DNA from: the human T2T-CHM13v2.0 reference genome, Homo sapiens
Assembly: GCF_009914755.1 (NCBI RefSeq)
Contig: NC_060946.1
DNA length: 64,000 nucleotides
Strand: one strand, 5' to 3'
Within the stretch, counting starts at the first letter, position 1. Every line of letters starts with the position of its first letter. Shown piece after piece: positions 1 through 8,945 of this stretch. Under the pieces are notes generated by a model that worked only from the letters and a program-made list of their open reading frames with translations, was not told the DNA's origin and did no database searches. Position numbers and translations under genes: made by a program.

Positions 1-1339
1 TCTTTCACCATGGGGTGCCTGAAGGGTGGCTGATGCATATGGTACAATGGCACCCAGTGTAAAGCAGCTACAATTAGGAGTGGATGTGTTCTGTAGCATC
101 CTATTTAAATAAGCCTATTTTATCCTTTGGCCCGTCAACTCTGTTATCTGCTGCTTGTACTGGTGCCTGTACTTTTCTGACTCTCATTGACCATATTCCA
201 CGACCATGGTTGTCATCCATTACTTGATCCTACTTTACATGTCTAGTCTGTGTGGTTGGTGGTGAATAGGCTTCTTTTTACATGGTGCTGCCAGCCCAGC
301 TAATTAATGGTGCACGTGGACTTTTAGCAAGCGGGCTCACTGGAAGAGACTGAACCTGGCATGGAATTCCTGAAGATGTTTGGGGTTTTTTTCTTTCTTA
401 ATCGAAAGTTAACATTGTCTGAAAAGTTTTGTTAGAACTACTGCGGAACCTCAAAATCAGTAGATTTGGAAGTGATTCAAAGCTAAACTTTTTCCTTGGC
501 CCTCCTTGTGTTCTAATTGCTTGCAAGTGTAATACTAGGATGTCCAAGATGCCAGTTTTTGCTTCTTTGTTAGTTGTCAGCTGCTTTTATCAAATTTCAG
601 GCCATTATCCAACAAACACTATAAAAATGTTTGAACAATTGGATTTCAAACATTTTCGTTTTGTGGAGTGGTGCTCACCAAGTGGTACAGCCCTAAGCAA
701 GTGAACACAAACACATTTAAGTGTATTTTGTCTGATTAGATGTTAGCCAGTTATGCTATTTCATTCAAATGTCTGAAAAAATCAATTGACTATTCCCTTT
801 TCCTAAAGGGCAGAGACAGATAATCTCACTTCCAGAGAAATGACTTGGAGAAAAAAAAGTGTTGGTCTTTTTGCTCTTTTGTAATTAAATCCGGATGTAC
901 CTCAAAAGACTTAAGACTGTGGTGATAAGATGCTTTCCTCAGCAGAAAGGAGGGAAAAAAAACAACTGGAACTCAAAGCTTGAAATTCTGTGGCAAAACA
1001 TGAGATGTCCAGGATTGGAGGTTGAAAAGATTTCACTACAGTGTTCTGCAATAGTTGGAGCAGATAACTTTCAGTGTAGCCACAGCCATGGACTCCAGAT
1101 TTCCAGATTTTCAAGACCTGGACCTGGAACCCGAAAGAGCTTGTCACGATGCGGCAGGAACACTGGAGGTAGATTTTTTTTTATTTTTGAATTTTGGGAC
1201 TGTTGACCTTGCTGTGAGAAAAGAGACAACGACTGAGCAAGCACTACCACCAGCACTGTTACTGGGAATTAGAAGACCTGAGTTTCTGTCCAGACCCTCA
1301 GTGCAAACTGAGGATGCTCCATCCAAAGTGAATTATGGT

Positions 1340-1700
1340 ACTTGCCATTTTCCAAAATGCCTTATCCTTTACCATCTCTGCACTTTTGTTCATACTCTCA
1401 TTCTACTTTGGAACTGCTGCTCTGTGGCTTTTCATCTGTCAAAACTGCCATTTTCTCAGTATCCAACTCTTATGCCCTCTTTTCCATGAGTCTCCTAACT
1501 AGCCAGAATAGAGCTTTAAAGTTTTATGACATTTCGTTATGTATCCTCTATCTGTATACAAAATCCTGTAAAATAGTTACTTGCCTGCATTTACTGTCTT
1601 TGCAGATAGCAGACTCCTTGAAAGCAGGGTCCTTGTTTAGTGCATCTTTGCCCACATACACCACAACTTATCAAGATGCATTTATTAGGAAGGAGGAGTT
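1340..1700 (+). mobile_element. L2 LINE 3' fragment in TUG1 intron 1
   Basis: Resembles the L2 3' region (ctctgcacttttgttcatact..., agactccttgaaagcagggtccttgtttagtgcatctttg). Confidence 0.55.
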
Positions 1701-1730
1701 TAGAGAGCAGGCTATCAGAATAACCACTCA
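1606..1730 (+). other. TUG1: Candidate 125-nt cassette exon within TUG1 intron 1 (largely L2-derived)
   Basis: Acceptor ttactgtctttgcAG| ending at 1605; strong donor TCA|GTAAGT at 1731. Confidence 0.6.
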
Positions 1731-2412
1731 GTAAGTGTTTTCTTAATTGCTATGTGATAACTTACATTACTCTTAATGAGGAGAAAAGTCGCTAGATATG
1801 GATCATGTTTATGTTTTAATGTTTTTTAATTCTAAATTTTGATCTAGGGAGCCCTCAGACATAAGGAGAAACCAATATGTTGAATGATGGGGTATTACAT
1901 ACAGAAGGACCAAGACCTTATTTTCTCCTACTTAAGATGGAATCTTGTTAAGATGAAAGGACAGCTTTTTAAAAGGAGAAGGTCATAAGACAGTTTGAGG
2001 AAGGCATTGGAAGAGGAAGAGGGGCAATGTCTCCTTTGTTTTATTGTTGGTATATAAACTTAAAATCTCAGTTCTTTTTATGGCACTTGTGGAGCCACTT
2101 CCTCTCCTCACCAAAAAATGCCCAGTACCCTGAATCCGATCAAATTACTCTCCTAAAGTATAAGGCTTAGTTTCTGTGTGCTGCTTCGCGAGACAGTTCC
2201 CACAAATCGAGAGTGTTAATCAGACTTTTGTGTTTTCTTTTTTGGATTGCTGTTGTTTGTTTTCATTTATCATTTGTCTTTGCCTAAGCCAGGCTCATCA
2301 AGAATTAACAGCCATCAGGCTGCCGATGTGCTGACAGCAGACCCACTTAGAGTCCTGTGTTTGTAATTCCATGCATTTGTTATTTTACCTGTTTTGTCCC
2401 TGCCCCTTCTAG

Positions 2413-3159
2413 TCCTGTGCCTCCTGATTGCTGAGTGTTCACCTGGACCTTCTGACTACCTTCCCTGTGCTATTCCATCAGCCTACAGACCTGGTACCTG
2501 GATTTTTGCCCGAGATGATTCCTACCACCTTACTACTGACGAAGACACCCATTCCAGTGGACCACTGTGACCCAGGAGGCATTCAGCCATCATGATGTGG
2601 CCTTTACCTCCACTCCTGTCTTGTTCTACCCAGATTCAGCACAGCCCTTTATAGTGAAGTCAGAGTCCTCAAGCCAAATAGCTAAAGCTGTTTTATCACA
2701 ACAAAGGCCTAGTTTGTTCCATGAGTGTGCATTTCATTTCTTCAGTTAAAGCCTTCAGAGACACACAATAAATTTGGACCAGGGGATTTTTTAGTTATTA
2801 ATGCTCTCTGAAGAAAGGCAACATCTTTTTGAGAGCAGCATTGGACCACACCCCACAATCTCAAATGATTGAAATTCATGAACATCTAGGATCCCATGAA
2901 GGTCACTGGACCCTGTTTTTTCTACTTCAAATCCTGTAGTAGCCTACTGAATGAGAAAACATATTCTGACCCATTGGGATCAAATCAAAGGCACAGTGAA
3001 CTCCTCATAGCATCTTCTTTGGAATTACTCAGGAACCAGAACTTTTTACACAAATGTAAGAAATTCTACCAAGGAGTCCCCTTACCTAACAGCATCTCAC
3101 AAGGCTGCACCAGATTCCAGAAAAGGCTTCTCTTGATACATCAAGGTAGAACCTCTATG
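2413..3159 (+). other. TUG1: TUG1 internal exon with alternative donors (ends at 3145 or 3159)
   Basis: Donors AAG|GTAGAA (3146) and ATG|GTAAAT (3160); next acceptor tattttttgtatttcAG| ending at 4729. Confidence 0.7.
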
Positions 3160-3169
3160 GTAAATCCCT

Positions 3170-3365
3170 CTGTTTATAATGCACTTTACAGTTTCAAAGC
3201 ACTTGTACGTACATTTATCTCAATTATCAAAATAACAGTGAATTATAATCCCTTTTTGGAAATGAGGGAATGTAAATTTTAAAAGTTAAGCAATTATCCA
3301 AGGTGACACAGCTGTGAAAGTGGTAGAGGCCAGGCTTTCTGACACCCAGTCCAGTACTCTGCTTG
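3170..3365 (-). mobile_element. MIR SINE in TUG1 intron 2
   Basis: MIR core-like gcactttacagtttcaaagcac...aatgagggaa...gttaagcaattatccaaggtgacacagct. Confidence 0.7.
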
Positions 3366-4756
3366 GAATTAGCCTCCATTTTACCCACAGTGTTAAAATG
3401 GCTGGGTATTGGGAACCTCAGGAAATTTTCCAGCTTCCTGATCTGGTGCCCCTAGTCACATAGGATGTGTGATCACGTGATAGCTACATCTGGACCAGAA
3501 TCCCATGGCAATATCCCACGGTTTAAGGGCATAATATCTCCGTGGTGGTAGATTGTCAAGTCAAAAACGGGACATGTTCTAACAGCAAAGCTACCCAATA
3601 TGAAACACAAAGCTACTTTTAGATTTTTTAAGACTTACTGATATTCCTGGACCCTAAGAGCTTGTCTATGGTCCTATCTTTGCAAACTAGTATTTACACA
3701 AAATGAGCCACCTGGTTTTTTTAAAGTCAGTATTGTGTGTGTGTGTGTAAATATGACATGGAGAAAGCTTCTGTTACCTAGTAAGATAGTAAAGTATGTA
3801 AGACATGGCCCTTCCCCCAGTCTACATTGAGGTATAGTGTATTAAAGGATCTCAGGAGACTTGCAGCAAATTACTACTGCTTCTGTGCTTAAATTCAGAA
3901 GTCTGAAAAAAAAAAAAAAAAAGACTTCTAGTAAAGAGTTCCATTTTGCTGTTTAACCCTTTGTGTCCTAAGTTTAATCAAACACAGAAGGATATTTTTT
4001 TGCATCATTCCATCTAATGGAATGCAGAAACTGCTCTAGAGCAGTATAACCAGTGCTTCCTGATTGCCAGCAGATTGCCCTGGACACCCCAGAATAAACA
4101 GCATCTTCAAAATCCCCCTTTCTCATACCTTCTTATTAATGGTTGAATTAGTATGTCTCTGTCATCTGAGAGTCTTGCATCTTGACCATTACCTTTATTT
4201 TCTGTCAAGGGAATCCCTAGAAGATGTATGGGGAGACATAGGAAAGGAATGGAAGAAAGTTAATTCACCCCAAATTGGATAAATTCCATGACATTTAGCA
4301 ATATACTTCTGTATCCCTAGAATTGTATCATAACTTTAGTTCAAGGACATTGCATCTCAGGTGGGTTAAGGAGGTTGGGAAGGGGAGAAAAGGGATGAGG
4401 AGATATTTTCTTGAGATTTATCTCCTTGAGATAATGCTTGAGAAGTCATCCAGCCATGGACTTCTTGGAGTAATACTTACAAAGAATTGGATGCATTTTG
4501 CATCCTTAGGCAAAAACCCCAGTGCTGTTACAACTGAAAATCATTAGCCTTGTTCTCTGATAGATACTTACAAGCCCAACTGCAGGCAATCAAAATTTAT
4601 AGCAGATGAGTTCTAACTCCATCAACCTGTAATGTGGTCCATCTTAGGGAAAGAATAGGAAAACACCTTGGTTTACCACAGGCTTTGCTTACAGTTTCTG
4701 CTTTCTGTGACCTATTTTTTGTATTTCAGCATTTTGTGACCGACTTATTCTTAGAT

Positions 4757-4972
4757 CATTGGTTTTCCAAAGGCTTTGTGGCCATGAAGCCCTTTGAGTG
4801 AAAACTGTGCAGAAGCCCAGAGTAAAAGTGAAGCTGCTCTGGATGAAGTAGTGAAGCAAGAGTAGGGGCCTGAATCCTGCTACAACTATCTTCCTTTACC
4901 ACCGTGGTGACACCTAAGGGGACTTCCTTACAACACCTTGAACTCTTCCGAACACAGTTTGAAAACCACTGC
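4757..4972. mobile_element. Short hAT-type (MER) DNA transposon in the TUG1 terminal exon
   Basis: Inverted termini cattggttttccaa ... tttgaaaaccactg, typical of hAT-Charlie MITEs. Confidence 0.5.
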
Positions 4973-6471
4973 CCCAGACAGCAATATGTTTGACCTGAAT
5001 GGCATTCCAATCTTTTCTGTACCTCCACTCAGCACAGTTCATGTTCAGTAGATGCTGAACATTCTTAGAAATACTGTGTGTGAACTTAGAAAAGTGCAAG
5101 AAGACAGGCATGTCTTTGACCCCAGGAATGATCATTTGCTGAAGATGGTGTCAAGTGAACCTAGATTAACAGCCCTCCACTCCAGATGGATATCCAGTGA
5201 TTCCTAGAATGGGATATAGCCAGAGAACAATTCTATGCACCCTACACTGACAGACTCCCTTAAGCAACACCAGATGCTCTACTGGTACTTGAAGTACATG
5301 ACTTTGAAGTCTTGACCCTCCATGAATACCTGAATTATCAGCAAGCGGGTTTTGAAGCTGGTGCCTCATTGAGGCCATATTAGAGCAACTTGTACATTTG
5401 ACCTCTTGTTATCAGCCATGGTACTCTACTTCGTGTGCAAGAGATAACTATGAAAGCCAAATTCAAATACTGGCAACATTTCCTAAAGGGGCTCAATATC
5501 TTATCATTCGTCTTCTTTTCCAAACTACACATCACTGTATGACTCAACCAGTAGCAGTTATATTGCCCCTTGGTTTTTATTCAGTTTAACTACTGTTTCC
5601 AAGATAAATGAGCTAATAAGCTTTAAAAAAAAAAAAAAAAAGGCTGAATTCTTTTTTCTTCATCACTGGCATATCTGCCTATTCTCCAGAATTATTATGA
5701 CTATTCAGCTCACTTTAACAGTTGAACTTCAAGCGACAATCTTTGAACACCCCTTCTCATGTGATTTAAAATGAAACCATTTGGAAAAGTTTCTTCTAGC
5801 CAGTAATAGATTTTTTTTTTAATTGCTCTGCCTTGTGCCGAGAGATGTTCTTTTAAGATGAATCTTTTGATGTCTGATACCACCAAATATAGGTGGTAGG
5901 GAGAGTTGGAGGCTGGCCCTTTGAGCAGGCCATTAGCTTACTTGCTGGGCATTTCCGATAGCTTATTGCCTACCTTTTTGCTGGAAACAAACTGATTTGA
6001 AAAACAAAATCTATGAAGACTGCAGCTAAGGATTTTATCGGTAGACTTAAGAGCTTTTGTCCTTGTGGATATTTTAGTGGAACCACATCAGTCTCAATAC
6101 TGTCATTTTACACTGACTCAGAGCAGCTGACTTCATTCCTTGCCATGATATATATTTAAGGCAGGCATTGTAACAGACATAAAGACAACTTATCTGTTTC
6201 AGCAGGAAGGATTCAGTTTATGAACTCTCAGACCAGATCATGTTGAACAAGGAGACTTTGATGTGTGTCATGAGAAAACTCATTCTTTACTTCCCAGTCA
6301 ATTTAAAGGCCAGCTATCCTGAGCTACTCGAATGAATGCACTGGTTAAACATTGGAAATAGTTTGTTTATATCCTTGTCTCTCTCTAGGCCAATTGTGAT
6401 TACATGACTCGACTCTACATCTCGTCAAACAAGGCCTAGGTCTGGTTGCTGTAGACTGCTCGCCCTCAACA

Positions 6472-6477
6472 AATAAA
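6472..6477 (+). terminator. Candidate proximal polyadenylation signal
   Basis: AATAAA followed by T-rich sequence (ccttgtat...attatttgtt). Confidence 0.45.
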
Positions 6478-7999
6478 ATCTGGTTGACTAGCCTCCTTGT
6501 ATATACAACTATTATTTGTTAAGAAGAAATTATCGTCAATTTTCTACTACCTTCCAATTGTCAGCTCTTTTTTTCCTCTCTGGTTTTTCCTATACTTTAC
6601 AGAAAAAGACATTGATCTATACTGCCATTCCCTCTAATCCTGCCATACTCAGTCAAAAGGAATGACTTAAGATGAAGATGATCATCTGCTCGAGTCTAAA
6701 ATATACATTGTATATAAGAATTGGTGATTAGAAAAGCAAAAAACCTAAAACTTAAATCTAGGAGTCTGTATACTGTCTCCATGTCTCCATGCCTCAGATC
6801 TCATCTAAATCTTTGAACAGCACCATTCAACCAATCTGAGGCCTTGACTTGCTTGTAAGATGATTCTCAGAGATCGGCTGAGTTAAAAAAGATGACGACT
6901 TGATTACCAAAGAAAGTAGGGCCAACTTTGACAAATCTGGCTCTGCTGACCCTGTCACTCCCAGATGTAGCATAGACTCCTAAACAGAACCTCAAGTCTG
7001 ATTGAGGATAAGGCCTTCTCCTGAGCTGAAAGTTCTTTGGCAGATGAGCAAGAAACTGAAAGCTGATGTACCTGACTGGCTCTGTAAGATCAGAAAACTG
7101 TATCCAGAATAAGCCCTATGGATTAACCCCTGAGTACCCAGAGTAAAAACTAATTTACAGAACTTCCTTATTGATCTGCTGGTTCTTCCAGATCATATTC
7201 TGGCTATTGGTATGGCTGGCCTTTCTGAAGGTACCCTGCTTGTCTATTTTCCTGACTCAGCTCTTGCCTGCCTTTTTCACATGTTGCTGCAATTAGACTC
7301 ACCGTGAGGACTACAGTCAATTTCAGTCTATCTTGTGCCCAATACAACAAGGATTTTTAATAGTAACAACCCACACCTCACCCACTAGGACTCAATGTTC
7401 ACAACAGGAAGGACCATTGCTGCATACTCCTTGACCAGCAACTTTTTTGAAGATATTTTTAAGTGCAGAGTAGGCCTCTATTCCTGTATGTAATTGTTCA
7501 TTTTCAGCACCTGGAACCTCATCTATCGGGTCTGGAAGGAATACAGCAGTTCGAAAGCCGCGTCCATTTCTCTCCTTCAGTAGTGCAGAAATGAGTCCGA
7601 TTCACCAGTACACACAGAACTGTACCAGTTCAACCTAGCAAAAGAAGAAAAGTTTCCACTGTACTTAAAATTTACAGCTGACTCAAATTGCCTCACAGAA
7701 TTATTTGATGTAGAAGGCTAGTTGTCTTACTTCAGATCAGCAGGACAGTTGGGCTCTCAGACTCATGACCACTGAGTTTGCTTGTGTTGAAACTGTGGTT
7801 TCATCCAACATATGCTATTGGACATGATTATTATTCCATTCAAATGGATTACAGACTTCTTGAGGACAGGACAAACTTATCTCTCATGGTGTTTTTTTAG
7901 AATACTTTTATAACCAAGGAAGAAACCATGCCAGCTGTTACCATTCAACTTCTTAAGCAGAGATTAAGCTTTTTCATATCTGTTCTTATCCTGGACATC

Positions 8000-8455
8000 A
8001 GTAGTTTTTAATTGCCCAGCATCCGTTCCATCTTGTAACAACTCCCTGATGTTTCTTAAAACCACCTCTTCCTATTTTCAGTCTGTGGTTTGGACAGTCT
8101 GACCCAACCTTGAGCTTTGTGGGTGAACATGTAATTCAGACCTCATCAATCAGCAAATCCATCTGAACTGTGGAGGAGAAGCTCTCTTTACTGAGGGTGC
8201 TTTAGCTTTGTAGGATGAAAACCTCAAACTAACAGGGCCTACCATGTAGAGAATGAAGCCAGTGCAGGGGAAAGCAGAGCCAAAATATGGAGAGACTTGA
8301 ATCCTGATGACAGCGTTTGTGCCCCTGGATCCAACCGTGCCTGAAGCTAGAATATCCCCTGGACTTTTCAGTTATGTGAACCAATAAATACCCTTTTTTG
8401 CTTAAGTTACTTTGAGTTGGGTTTCTGTTACTTGAAATTGAATCCACACTAATAT
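8000..8455 (+). mobile_element. MLT1-type MaLR LTR in the TUG1 3' end
   Basis: MLT1J/K-like 3' part: cctggatccaaccgtgcctgaagc...ttttcagttatgtgaaccaataaat...tttgagttgggtttctgttacttg. Confidence 0.6.
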
Positions 8456-8579
8456 ATCTACCAACATTGAGACTTGACAGATCCAAGTATTTATTAAGCT
8501 AGAGGTCATGGTCACTGAAATTACTTTCCAAAGTGGAAGACAAAATGAAACAGGAACTGAGGGAATATTTAAGATCCCA

Positions 8580-8945
8580 CAGAAGCGTAAAAATGACATG
8601 GTAGAAAGTAATAGAAAACCTAAATGTCTGTCATTAAAGGATAGGTTAAGGTGTGGTTCAGCCATATAGGAATATCTCGTATCTGTTAAAATGAATAAAG
8701 TACATTCATTGTGTATGGAAAAATGGCCATGATACATTAGGTGAAACAAGTTATTAATAGAAAAGTGTACAGTGTGAACTCATTTTAAAATGTGTGTGCT
8801 TATGTTTATAAATGCATAGAAAGGTCTATTCACAGCTTTCTTTGAACAGTGTAGATCACATGAAACTTTCAACTTTATACATTTCTGTATTAATATTTTA
8901 CACTACCCACATTATTTTTAAACTTTATTTTAAATAAAGAATTTT
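8580..8945 (+). mobile_element. Old L1M 3' end fragment at the TUG1 terminus
   Basis: aaacctaaatgtctgtca...ataggttaa...gccatat... followed by an AT-rich L1ME-like tail. Confidence 0.45.
8933..8938 (+). terminator. Distal polyadenylation signal of TUG1
   Basis: AATAAA followed about 20-30 nt later by U/GU-rich sequence (tttagtgcttactgtttg). Confidence 0.7.

Larger units (their letters stand above)
1338..2412 (+). other. TUG1: TUG1 intron 1
   Basis: Donor ATG|GTACTT at 1338; acceptor ttttgtccctgccccttctAG|TCC ending at 2412. Confidence 0.75.
16..5510 (+). mobile_element. Highly degenerate Ty3/Gypsy (Sushi/chromovirus-like) gag-pol fossil underlying TUG1
   Basis: Ordered motifs on one strand. 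Gag: PE/YNGT (18-54), VICCL-TGA (143-167), LAWN (356-367). Zinc knuckle: CFYQISGHYPTN (582-617). Protease: VIKSGCTS (881-904), EQITFSV..RFP (1058-1105). RT: ALPP-H (1241-1256), SKF-DLGS (1831-1852), LESC (2347-2358). RNase H: PFQWT..QEAF..AFTSTPVLFYPD..QPFIV..AVLSQ..HECAF (2549-2735). Integrase: GHNISVVVD (3527-3553), KLP (3588), GPIFA (3670). Chromodomain-like: NYESQIQIL..GAQYLI (5446-5505). Confidence 0.8.

Noticed and set aside
1354-1380. KMPYPLPSL resembling the RT KNRYPLP motif
   Set aside because: Lies in L2-like sequence; a better-placed remnant occurs at ~1763-1778, so this is probably coincidental.
1-1489. The reported CUG-initiated TUG1 protein ORF, or ORFs 429-704 and 1055-1489 as real CDS
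   Set aside because: The reported ORF is, as I recall, in the GC-rich 5' part upstream of this window; the ORFs here are non-ATG fragments of the fossil.
5625-5641. A17 tracts (also 3906-3922) as transcript ends or retrocopy tails
   Set aside because: Genomic A-runs with no canonical AATAAA or TSD; likely internal-priming sites.
5510-6500. Polypurine tract and 3' LTR of the Gypsy fossil
   Set aside because: No convincing PPT-TG boundary, and the 5' LTR would be outside the window, so no LTR pair can be compared.
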